Source: Octopus vulgaris (lineage: Eukaryota). Taken from it: a stretch of 64,000 nt of DNA. The stretch is taken from contig OX597814.1 in assembly GCA_951406725.2 (NCBI GenBank), positions 46,004,001 through 46,068,000 of the forward strand, given 5' to 3'. The notes under the pieces were generated by a model. It saw only the letters and a list, made by a program, of their open reading frames with translations. It did no database searches and was not told where the DNA came from. Made by a program: the position numbers and the translations under genes. This document shows positions 14,448-27,102 of the stretch, piece after piece. Within the stretch, counting starts at the first letter, position 1. The number at the start of each line of letters is the position of its first letter.

Positions 14448-14993
14448 GTGAAATTAACTCATTCGTTGATTTTGGGTTTGGATGATGATAACAATTGTAA
14501 CACTTATAATGTGAATAGTAGTATAGGGGTGGTGTCCAATCTTAGATTTCCTCATTCTGTTAATCTTTGTAATTGCAGAAATAAAAATAAATGTGTATTT
14601 GGTAATCAATGCCTCAGGAAGGAGGTAGTTTACCAATGCACTGTAGATACACAATTGAGTAGTAGGGTGTATATCGGGGCAACTATGAATAGCATAAAAC
14701 AAAGATGGAATTATCACAGATATACTTTTAGGAATAAAAATAGAATGTACTCTACAGGGCTAAGTGCATACATTTGGGAACTTAAAAGTAAGAACTTAGA
14801 TTTTAGATTAAACTGGAAAATACTAACTTCAGCACCTGTGTATAATGGAAAAAATAAAAAATGCTCTCTATGTATTAATGAAATTTTCTTCATTATTAAA
14901 GCGGGTTACAAATTATTAACAACATTAATGAAAAAAACTTCTTTTGTATTCATAGGCTACCGTACACCTTTTCTAGATTCAAATAGAACTTAG
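14448..14993 (+). pseudogene. Duplicated GIY-YIG C-terminal fragment of PLE family 1
   Basis: Matches 17205-17741 except for a late frameshift. Confidence 0.85.
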
Positions 14994-15419
14994 CACTTCC
15001 ACTATTATTAATTTTTTAATTCCCTTCTTTAACTAAATATACCTGTGGTCTTCTATAATTCTAAAGTATACAATTTATAAATTTTATAATTTTATAATTT
15101 TTATAGCTACATTTGTATAATAATTAATGGATGTGTCTAGTATTATTGGTTTCTTGTTTTTTGTATGTGGGTTTTTTTTTTTGTTTTTTTTTGTTTGTTT
15201 TTTAAGAGAAATGCAATATGACATAAAATAACATATTCATTTTGGTATTTGCCTTGTAATGTGTGATTTTTGAAGTTTTCCAATATTGCATAGTATATTG
15301 CATAGTATATATATATATATCTTGGTTAGATACCTAGCTCTGGATAATGTAATGATATTGTATAATATGTAATATATGAGAGCCTTTTGTGAGTTTGGTG
15401 GGTTTGTGAGTTTGGTACC

Positions 15420-16467
15420 TTCTAGTACACTTAGAAAACTGAACCTGGAGATCAGAGAAATCATATTTGACTACTACCTAGAAGAAAAAACGGAACCCTA
15501 CACCCCATCTAGACCGAGAATTACACTAAAGGATCATAAAGAGAATTTTCTTGGAAACACACAGGTCAGATTAATTTGCCCCACTAAATCTGACTTAGGC
15601 AGACTAAGTAAACTCATTCTAGATAAATATCTACCCACCATCCGCAATAAAATCAAACTAAACCTTTGGAAGAATACTCAGGGTGCTTTGGATTGGTTTT
15701 CTGCCATTAAGGTCTGTGACAGTAACAACTTTAGCTATAATAGAAATAAATTTATACAATTCGATATACAGAATTATTACACTTCCATTAACCCTATTAT
15801 ATTAAATAAGTCCTTAATTTTTGCTAGAAAACACACTAAATTAAGTATGGGGGAGATTAAGGTTATACTAACAGCCAGGAAAACTTTAATAGAGTTTGAT
15901 AATAAACTTTGGGCTAGATCATTCATCACAATGGGATCGCCGGACTCAGCGGAGGTGACTGATCTAGTTGGGATGTATCTATTAGATAACTTTAGTAGGG
16001 AATTCCCTGAATTAAAAGGTGGATTATACAGGGATGACGCCTTATTTTGTGTTAGGAATACATCAAATAGGAGATTAGATCTTCTGAAAAAAAGAATAAA
16101 TAAATTTTTTAAAAGCTTCGGCCTATCCATTATCATTGAAAGTGAAAATTATTCTGCTAATTATTTAGATGTTAATTGTAACATTACTAATGGTTTACAT
16201 GAACCCTATATTAAACCTAATTCTAACCTAATATACATTAACCGTTCTAGTAATCACCCCCCTCAAATTAAAAATGCACTAGTGCGTAGCATTAGTCAGA
16301 GAATTTATAGTTTATCCTCAAACGAGGAAATTTTTAACAAACACTGTGATAGATACAATGCAGCATTGCTTAAGGCAGGATATAAAAGTAAGATTTGGTT
16401 TATACCTAAGGGGAACCCCCTAATGGAGGTAGAACTATCAGGAACAACACAAATAGATTTAGGATAA
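15420..16467 (+). CDS. PLE reverse transcriptase domain (5'-truncated)
   Basis: ITLKDHK..VRLICPTKSDLGRLSK, FIQFDIQNYYTSI, TMGSPDSAEVTDLVG, GLYRDD, YLDV, YINRSSNHPPQI. Confidence 0.88.
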
Positions 16468-16550
16468 TCAACAATATATATAAGAATAGTAAAAATAGAA
16501 TATATGATAACACCTATAATAAATGTAGAAGTGATGTTAACCTTGGAAAG

Positions 16551-17741
16551 GTGAACGGTAGCTCAAATAGATCTAAACATACGGGTAATAGTAGTAATAT
16601 TAATAATAATATACGAATTAAAACTTATGGTAGACATGATAATGGTAAAGTTTACTTGCGCAATAACCATGGTAATATTGATATAGATAGATATAACAAT
16701 GACAGTGGTAAGAATAGTAATCCTATGAGTTGGTCTACGAATAGGATTTTTACAAATAACATTAATTCTATAGGCAATCCTAATTCTGATAAGGATACTC
16801 TTTGGTTGATTATCCCATATGCAATGCAGATTAAAACAAACATAGTGAGAGCTTTGCATAATGTTATTTTTAGGCATTTTGGTAAGGATAAGAATAAATT
16901 TAGTCCTTTAATTAACAACGGTACTGTTAGAGTGGGATATAGCATTACTCATAATCTAGCCACCATTATCTCCTCTTTTAATAACAAGAAACTGGATCAC
17001 TTCTATAAGGATAGAAAATTGAATTTAGACCAGGAAAACTTGCCCCTCTTCATTAATAATAGGAATAGAAACTTTCTTGGAACAAACGGGAACAACCTCC
17101 TTACTAATAATGAGTGCACCATACCTGTCAGAGATAATATAAATGTAATAGATCATACTACTACTACCAATACTAGTACTAGTGATAGGAATATAGCCGA
17201 TAATGTGAAATTAACTCATTCGTTGATTTTGGGTTTGGATGATGATAACAATTGTAACACTTATAATGTGAATAGTAGTATAGGGGTGGTGTCCAATCTT
17301 AGATTTCCTCATTCTGTTAATCTTTGTAATTGCAGAAATAAAAATAAATGTGTATTTGGTAATCAATGCCTCAGGAAGGAGGTAGTTTACCAATGCACTG
17401 TAGATACACAATTGAGTAGTAGGGTGTATATCGGGGCAACTATGAATAGCATAAAACAAAGATGGAATTATCACAGATATACTTTTAGGAATAAAAATAG
17501 AATGTACTCTACAGGGCTAAGTGCATACATTTGGGAACTTAAAAGTAAGAACTTAGATTTTAGATTAAACTGGAAAATACTAACTTCAGCACCTGTGTAT
17601 AATGGAAAAAATAAAAAATGCTCTCTATGTATTAATGAAATTTTCTTCATTATTAAAGCGGGTCGGCAAATTATTAACAACATTAATGAAAAAAACTTCT
17701 TTTGTATTCATAGGCTACCGTTCACCTTTTCTAGATTCTAA
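16551..17741 (+). CDS. PLE C-terminal region: Asn-rich linker, Cys-rich motif and GIY-YIG endonuclease (out of frame with the RT)
   Basis: CNCRNKNKCVFGNQCL, VVYQC..VYIGAT, KQRWNYHR, CSLCINE, CIH. Confidence 0.85.
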   Translation: MNGSSNRSKHTGNSSNINNNIRIKTYGRHDNGKVYLRNNHGNIDIDRYNNDSGKNSNPMSWSTNRIFTNNINSIGNPNSDKDTLWLIIPYAMQIKTNIVRALHNVIFRHFGKDKNKFSPLINNGTVRVGYSITHNLATIISSFNNKKLDHFYKDRKLNLDQENLPLFINNRNRNFLGTNGNNLLTNNECTIPVRDNINVIDHTTTTNTSTSDRNIADNVKLTHSLILGLDDDNNCNTYNVNSSIGVVSNLRFPHSVNLCNCRNKNKCVFGNQCLRKEVVYQCTVDTQLSSRVYIGATMNSIKQRWNYHRYTFRNKNRMYSTGLSAYIWELKSKNLDFRLNWKILTSAPVYNGKNKKCSLCINEIFFIIKAGRQIINNINEKNFFCIHRLPFTFSRF

Positions 17742-19468
17742 TAGAACTTAGCACTTCCACTATTATTAATTTTTTAATTCCCTTCTTTAACTAAATATAC
17801 CTGTGGTCTTCTATAATTCTAAAGTATACAATTTATAAATTTTATAATTTTATAATTTTTATAGCTACATTTGTATAATAATTAATGGATGTGTCTAGTA
17901 TTATTGGTTTCTTGTTTTTTGTATGTGGGTTTTTGTTTTTTTTTTTTTGTTTGTTTTTTAAGAGAAATGCAATATGACATAAAATAACATATTCATTTTG
18001 GTATTTGCCTTGTAATGTGTGATTTTTGAAGTTTTCCAATATTGCATAGTATATTGCATAGTATATATATATATCTTGGTTAGATACCTAGCTCTGGATA
18101 ATGTAATGATATTGTATAATATGTAATATATGAGAGCCTTTTGTGAGTTTCGTGGGTTTAGGTTGAGATTATAGGTTTTTTGTATGTGTTTATTTGGAAG
18201 GTTTTTATTGTATATTTGGTCTTTTTGTACTCACCTTAATTTGTATCTTATGCTATTCACTGATAAACCTTTTTCATTTTTTTCATTTTCTCATTTACAT
18301 GCATTTTGCTTTATAATTGTTACCAGCCTCATATATTTAGTTTATATCTATAGTCCTCTGGATCTGTACTTTAAACTATCCTTCCATACATATTTACTTT
18401 CAACAATATAACATATATATTCACTTTATTTATTTTTTATTTATTTTCCATTTTATTGTAATATTATCAATCTTTGCATCTAGTCTTCTATTTATTTATT
18501 TATTTGCCTATTTAAGTGTAGATGTTTACATACATATCAAGTCATCTAATTTGTTTCCTATTTAGTTTTTACTTATTTACTTATACTGGGGTAGTTTTAT
18601 ACATACATATCTATCATTTATTTTTATTTAATTTTAATAATATATGAATACATATATACTGGTTTGTACTTATAATTATGTGTATAACCGTATTTATTCC
18701 TTCGTATTTATTCCTTCTTATTTATTTTATCTCTTTTCATCTTAAGTCTTTATAATATAAAATTTATTTAAAATTTCTGTGATGTTCTCATAAGCGTTTA
18801 CATTAATACTTCCCCTTCTATTCTTTAATGCCTAAACTGGTATATTATGGCATTATATTTATTAAGTTAATAAGTGACTTATTTATAATATTTAAATTAA
18901 TATGTATTTTATATTTTATATTTTATTATTTAGCGTACTCAAAATCATAACAAACTTACGATAAATCTAACAACCGTATGTTTACTCCGCAATAAACCGG
19001 TGTTATAAATTTTAAGTTACCCATGAAATAATTATCTGAATTAGTAACATACTGATATTTAAAAATATATTTATATCTAAATTAAATATTTTATGGAATA
19101 CATGGATGGTTCTTTTTTTGTTATTGAGGCACAGTTATAATTTTGAAGGACTAAATGGTAGCATAGTTGCTTCCCTTTTTGTTTATCTAAGTGCTAGTTG
19201 TTGCTTGTGATTATGTATGTGTATAAGTGTATGTATATACATATAACTATGTGTGTATGTGCGATTGATCTGTAGATGCGTGTGTGAATATTGGCGTTCC
19301 CTGACTAACCAACCGTATAATTTTCTTTTGTGATTTAAATTTCAAACCAATAGCCAATCGAATTAATCTAAATTTTCTTTACCTAGTGGTCAGCATTTCT
19401 TAACTCATAGTTATTTCGATCTTGAATGGATGGACTTGGTGCTAACTTAACTGTATCTATTTTTATTA

Positions 19469-19526
<58 letters not shown>

Positions 19527-19865
19527 GTAATTTTTATTAACTTTTATAGCTTTAGAATTTTATGAACTGTACCACGGATTTAATTATTATTTTTCATCTC
19601 CATATGTGTTAGCCTTTTTTTTATAAAAAAAACTATTAGCCAAATATGTATAATATCGGTACTTATTAATATTAATATATACACTGTTATATATTTTGTT
19701 TTATTTTGTTCTGTTTACCTTCCTTTTTTGTACAAATGTGTATTATTATATAAGTGTAGCATTATGATGTATAAGTTTTTATATTTTACATTTTTATATT
19801 TTTATATTTATATGTATATGATTATACAATATTTTTCACTATTATAACAAATTTAATTTAATTCT

Positions 19866-19969
19866 CTGAAGAGGCCGTGGGGCATCATTGTTAATGCCTC
19901 ATTTATACCTGCCTTTATGGCTTATAGGTTAAATGAGGTATGACTGTCCTCACTGCCGAAACAGCTGTC
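19866..19969 (+). ncRNA. Type I hammerhead ribozyme with ~84-nt stem II in the PLE family 1 3' region
   Basis: CTGAAGA-ggccgtgggg..gcctcattta..taaatgaggt..cctcactgcc-GAAA-cagctGTC; palindromic ACAGCTGT stem III; stem I is weak. Confidence 0.72.
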
Positions 19970-20171
19970 AGTTTTGATTTATTTGCATATTATATTTGAA
20001 ATTTTTTACTTATATCTCTTTATCTTTTTACTATTACTGTATATCTCATTTCATTTTATATATTGCCTTTACTCATATGTAATGGTGTATTAAAGTATGG
20101 ATTGAGTATCATCGGATAGTTGATGTTTTACTGATTTAAGTATGTTTCTCCATTCTCTAATTTTGTAGTAT

Positions 20172-20742
20172 ATTTATATATGTATATTTATATATGTGTA
20201 TATGTATATTTATATATGTGTATATGTATATATGTATATGTATATATATGTATATATATATATATGTAAATATATATGTATATATATAAATATGTATATA
20301 TATGTATTTATATATATGTATGTATATTTTTTTATATATTTGTATGTATATGTATATATATATATATGTATATATATTAATTGATATATATGTATGTATA
20401 TGTATATATATATATATGTATATATATGTATTTATATATATGTATTTATATATATGTATGTATATGTATATATATATATATATGTATATATATGTATTTA
20501 TATATATGTATTTATATATATGTATGTATATGTATATATATATATTTATATATATGTATTTATATATATGTATGTATATGTATATATATATATTTATATA
20601 TATATATTTATATATATGTATTTATATATATGTATTTATATGTATATATATATATGTATATATATGTATTTATATATATGTATTTATACATATGTATATA
20701 TATGCATATATAGGTATGTATTTATATATATGTATATATATG

Positions 20743-20775
<33 letters not shown>

Positions 20776-20843
20776 GTATACATATATATATGTGTGTATA
20801 TATGTATATATATAGATATGTGTATATATATGTATATATATAT
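20172..20843. repeat. Degenerate (TA)n tract
   Basis: Direct reading. Confidence 0.95.
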
Positions 20844-20844
20844 T

Positions 20845-21105
20845 ATTGATTGATTGATTAATTGATTCAAGTTTCAGCTTATGAGCTGTGGCCATGCTGG
20901 GGCACCGCCATTTGGTGTTGCTACTTGGTTTCACTTCATGAAAGCTTTCTAGCAACTGCCATTTGGTGCATGAGAGAGTTCGATGCAGCTGCCCTCATCT
21001 GCCCCTCCTGCCGTGAAGTTAGTTCATCTGGGACACCTGACAGGAAGAGATCCAGCTTCATTTTAAAGACATCTGCATCCACCCCATGCAGGTTTCTCAG
21101 GTTTT
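20845..21105 (-). mobile_element. LINE family A 3' fragment with (AATC)n tail
   Basis: Reverse complement of the A 3' end ([17 protein letters not shown]..); ttgattgattga tail. Confidence 0.92.
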
Positions 21106-21833
<728 letters not shown>

Positions 21834-22242
21834 TGAACTTTGGCATCGAGAGTTACGCAAATGCCAGAACTGGGCGCCACTGCGTGGTGCCTAGGACTCC
21901 AAACCTGCCATCAAGATGTAGGACAAGATACTGTGATAGCCTGGGCTTCCGAGGCCCACAGCTCTTCAATATCCTCCCGAAGAACCTGAGAGACCTGCAT
22001 GGGGTGGATACAGATGTCTTTAAAATGAAGCTGGATCTCTTCCTGTCAGGTGTCCCAGATGAACCAACTTCACGGCAGGAGGGGCAGATGAGGGCAGCTG
22101 CATCGAACTCTCTCATGCACCAAATAGCAGCTGCTAGAAAGCCTCCATGAAGTGAAACCAAGTAGCAACACAAAATGGCGGTGCCCCAGCATGGCCACAG
22201 CTCATAAGCTGAAACTAGAATCAATCAATCAATCAATCAATC
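21834..22242 (+). mobile_element. LINE family A 3' fragment with (AATC)n tail
   Basis: [16 protein letters not shown]..; matches 36240-36645. Confidence 0.93.
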
Positions 22243-22246
22243 ATAG

Positions 22247-22286
<40 letters not shown>

Positions 22287-22668
22287 GGAGGCGCTAAGGC
22301 CCAGTTGTTAGGGCAGAGGACTCGCGGTCGTAGGATTGCGATTTCGATTCCCAGACCGGGCGTTGTGAGTGTTTATTGAGCGAAAACACCTAATGCTCCA
22401 CGAGGCTCCGGCAGGGGATGGTGGTGGCCCCTGCTGTACTCTTTCACCACAACTTTCACTCACTCTTACTTCCTGTTTCTGTTGTACCTGTATTTCAAAG
22501 GGCCGGCCTTGTCACTTTCTGTGTCATGCTGAATATCCCCGAGAACTACATTAAGGGTACACGTGTCTGTGGAGTGCTCAGCCACTTACACGTTAATTTC
22601 ACGAGCAGGCTGTTCTGTTGATCGGATCAACCGGAACCCTCGTCGTCATAACCGATGGAGTGCTTCCA
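22287..22668 (+). mobile_element. tRNA-derived SINE (family S1), copy 1
   Basis: A-box ggcccagttgttagg and B-box-like gatttcgattccc; near-identical to 26408-26789. Confidence 0.8.
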
Positions 22669-22675
22669 TATATGT

Positions 22676-22733
<58 letters not shown>

Positions 22734-22734
<1 letters not shown>

Positions 22735-22796
22735 TGGCGGTGCCCCAGCATGGCCACAGCTCATAAGTTGAAACTAGAATCAATCAATCAATCAAT
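22734..22796 (+). mobile_element. Minimal LINE A 3' terminus (~60 bp: hairpins plus AATC tail)
   Basis: atggcggtgccccagcatggccacagctcataagttgaaactagaatcaatc. Confidence 0.88.
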
Positions 22797-22995
22797 GTAT
22801 GTATATATATATATGTATGTATATATATATCTGTATGTATATATATATATGTATGTATATATATATATGTATGTATATATCTATGTATATATATATGTAT
22901 ATATATATGTATGTATATATATATGTATATATATATGTATGTATATATATATGTATATATCTATGGATATATATATATATGTATATATATATATG

Positions 22996-23048
<53 letters not shown>

Positions 23049-23647
23049 ATGTATATATATATGTATGTATATATATATGCATATATATATATATATATAT
23101 ATATCTATGTATAGATATATGTATATATATATCTATGTATATATATATGTATATATCTATGTATATATATATGTATATATCTATGTATATATATATGTAT
23201 ATATATATCTATGTATATATATGTATATATATATCTATGTATATATATATGTATATATATATGTATATATATATCTATGTATATATATATATGTATATAT
23301 ATATCTATGTATATATATATATGTATATATATATCTATGTATATATATATGTATATATATATCTATGTATATATATATGTATATATATATATGTATATAT
23401 ATATCTATGTATATATATATATGTATATATGTATATGTATATATATATGTATATATAAATATGTATGTATGTATATATGTATATATATGTATATATATGT
23501 ATGTATATGTATGTTTGTATGTATATGTATGTTTATATGTATATATATATATGTATATATATGTATATATATCTGTATATATATATATGTATATATATCT
23601 GTATATATATATATGTATATATATCTGTATATATATATATGTATATA

Positions 23648-23685
<38 letters not shown>

Positions 23686-24449
23686 TATATATCTGTATAT
23701 ATATATATGTATATATATATGTATATATATCTGTATATATATATGTATATACATATGTATATATATATGTATATATATATGTATATATATATATGTATAT
23801 ATATGTATATATATATGTATATATATATGTATATATATATGTATATATCTATATATATATGTATATATATATATATATGTATATATATATGTATATATGT
23901 ATATATATATGTATATATTATATATGTGTATATATATATGTATATTTATATATGTGTATATGTATATATGTGTATATATATATGTATATTTATATATGTA
24001 TATATGTGTATATATATATGTATATTTATATATGTGTATATGTATATATGTGTATATATATATGTACATTTATATATGTGTATATGTATATTTATATATG
24101 TGTATATGTATATATGTATATGTATATATATGTATATATATATATGTAAATATATATGTATATATATGTATATATATATATATGTAAATATATATGTATA
24201 TATATAAATATGTATATATATGTATTTATATATATGTATGTATATGTATTTATATATATGTATGTATATGTATATATATATATATGTATATATATGTATT
24301 GATATATATGTATGTATATGTATATATATATATATGTATATATATGTATTTATATATATGTATTTATATATATGTATGTATATGTATATATATATATTTA
24401 TATATATGTATTTATATATAGTATTTATATGTATATATATATATGTATA

Positions 24450-24486
<37 letters not shown>

Positions 24487-24615
24487 TTGTATGTATATAC
24501 GTATGTATATACGTATGTATATATAGGTATGTATTTATATATATGTATATATATGTGTATATATATATATATGTATATATATATGTATATATATATATAT
24601 GTGTGTATATATGTA
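22797..24615. repeat. Degenerate (TA)n tract
   Basis: Direct reading. Confidence 0.96.
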
Positions 24616-25226
24616 TACTTTGATACTTTGATACTTTGATAGGTTTCTGCCATTATTGGCCCAGGCCATGTCTAACTTAATAGCACCACCTGGTGAAGTC
24701 TTTCAAGTCAGAATTTGGGCACTATGGCCCACTCAAGTAGAGAGTTATTGTTTACAGAGACATATCCGGGTGTAGGGGGTTTATCCGGGATTTCTTGAAG
24801 GAATCTGTCCAAAGATTTCTTGAACCCTATAGGGTCAGTTTCTGTTTTAATGTGTTTTGGTGTAATGTTAAAGAGAGCGGGGCCAATTGAGGTGAAATAA
24901 TTGTGCCGTATTGTTGTTATGAGATGAGAGTGCGATTTTTGTTTTGGGCGGATGGCACGGGGCCCAAGCCTTGGATGTACCTTAAAGGTGATGCCAACAT
25001 CATTTGGGCAATGCTGATGGAATATTTTCCACATCATGCAGATGATGTAGCGCTCACGACGACGTTGGAGAGAATAGAGTTTTAGCTTTTCTAGTCGACC
25101 CCAATAGTCGAGGCCTGTCATGCCATCTATCTTTTTTGTGATTGCCCTTTGAGGTGCTTCGACTTTTATGATACCTTGTATTGTGTGGGGAGACCACAGT
25201 GGACAACAGTATTCAAGGTGGGGTCG
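24616..25226 (-). mobile_element. LINE family C 3' fragment with (TATCAAAG)n tail
   Basis: ORF 24708-25121 (KLYSLQRRRERY..FKKSLDRFL); matches 51836-52445. Confidence 0.92.
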
Positions 25227-25335
25227 ATCAATATATATATATATATATTGATATGTGTGTATATATGTATATATATAGATATGTGTGTATATATGTATAT
25301 ATATAGTTATGTGTATATATATGTATATATATATT

Positions 25336-25339
<4 letters not shown>

Positions 25340-25366
<27 letters not shown>

Positions 25367-25603
25367 CAAGTTTCAGCTTATAAGCTGTGGCCATGCTGGG
25401 GCACCGCCATTTGGTGTTGCTACTTGGTTTCACTTCACGAAAGCTTTCTAGCAACTGCCATTTGGTGCATGAGAGAGTTCGATGCAGCTGCCCTCATCTG
25501 CCCCTCCTGCCGTGAAGTTGGTTCATCTGGGACACCTGACAGGAAGAGATCCAGCTTCATTTTAAAGACATCTGCATCCACCCCATGCAGGTCTCTCAGG
25601 TTT
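25340..25603 (-). mobile_element. LINE family A 3' fragment (paralog of 20845-21105)
   Basis: Same 5' junction ctcaggtttttatatag. Confidence 0.92.
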
Positions 25604-26080
25604 TTATATAGCGTATATATATGTATATATATATATATGTATGTATATATGTATATATATATATGTGTATATATATGTATATATATATGTATATATATAT
25701 GTATATATATATGTATATATATGTTATATATATATATATATGTATATATATATGTGTTTATATATATATATATGTATATATATATGTGTTTACATTTATG
25801 TATATATATATATATATATGTGTTTATATTTATGTATATATATATATATGTGTTTATATATATGTATAAATGTACATATATATGTGTATATATATGTATA
25901 TATATATGTGTATATATATGTGTATATATATGTATATATATATGTGTATATATATGTATATATACATGTGTATATATATGTATATATATATGTGTATATA
26001 TATGTATATATATGTGTATATATATGTATATATATGTGTATATATATGTATATATATGTGTATATGTGTGTATATATATG

Positions 26081-26129
<49 letters not shown>

Positions 26130-26326
26130 ATATATATATGTATATATATATGTATATATATGTGTATATATATGTGTATATATATGTGTATATATATGTG
26201 TATATATATGTGTATATATATGTGTATATATATGTGTATATATATGTGTATATATATGTGTATATATATGTGTATATATATATGTATATATATATATGTA
26301 TATATATATATGTATATATATATATG

Positions 26327-26360
<34 letters not shown>

Positions 26361-26367
26361 TAGATAT

Positions 26368-26406
<39 letters not shown>
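25604..26406. repeat. Degenerate (TA)n tract
   Basis: Direct reading. Confidence 0.95.
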
Positions 26407-26407
<1 letters not shown>

Positions 26408-26789
26408 GGAGGCGCAAAGGCCCAGTGGTTAGGGCAGAGGACTCGCGGTCGTAGGATTGCGATTTCGATTCCCAGACCGGGCGTTGTGAGTGTTTATTGA
26501 GCGAAAACACCTGATGCACCACGAGGCTCCGGCAGGGGATGGTGGTGGCCCCTGCTGTACTCTTTCACCACAACTTTCACTCACTCTTACTTCCTGTTTC
26601 TGTTGTACCTGTATTTCAAAGGGCCGGCCTTGTCACTTTCTGTGTCATGCTGAATATCCCCAAGAACTACATTAAGGGTACACGTGTCTGTGGAGTGCTC
26701 AGCCACTTACACGTTAATTTCACGAGCAGGCTGTTCTGTTGATCGGATCAACCGGAACCCTCGTCGTCGTAACCGACGGAGTGCTTCCA
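26408..26789 (+). mobile_element. tRNA-derived SINE (family S1), copy 2
   Basis: A-box ggcccagtggttagg; paralog of 22287-22668. Confidence 0.8.
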
Positions 26790-26869
26790 TATATGTATAT
26801 ATATATATATATGTATGTATATATATATATGTATGTATATATATATATGTATGTATATATATATGTATG

Positions 26870-26939
<70 letters not shown>

Positions 26940-26985
26940 TATATATATGTATATATATATATGTATATATATATATGTATATAAG

Positions 26986-27102
26986 TTTCTGTGTCATGCT
27001 GAATATCCCCGAGAACTACATTAAGGGTACACGTGTCTGTGGAGTGCTCAGCCACTTACACGTTAATTTCACGAGCAGGCTGTTCTGTTGATCGGATCAA
27101 CC
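26986..27102 (+). mobile_element. Internal fragment of SINE S1 fused to the 5' end of PLE family 2
   Basis: tttctgtgtcatgctg..ggatcaacc identical to the S1 body. Confidence 0.85.

Larger units (their letters stand above)
12201..20171 (+). mobile_element. PLE family 1 (Naiad-like) composite insertion: inverted 3' arm 12201-14321, partial direct copy 14322-15405, 5'-truncated main copy ~15420-20171
   Basis: RT (GLYRDD) and GIY-YIG ORFs; 12371-14321 is the reverse complement of 18216-20171; 14322-15396 duplicates 17079-18150. Confidence 0.9.

Noticed and set aside
17741-20171. SECIS/selenoprotein recoding in the Naiad-like PLE
   Set aside because: There is no in-frame TGA at Cys positions in the visible ORFs, and no SECIS could be identified by eye.
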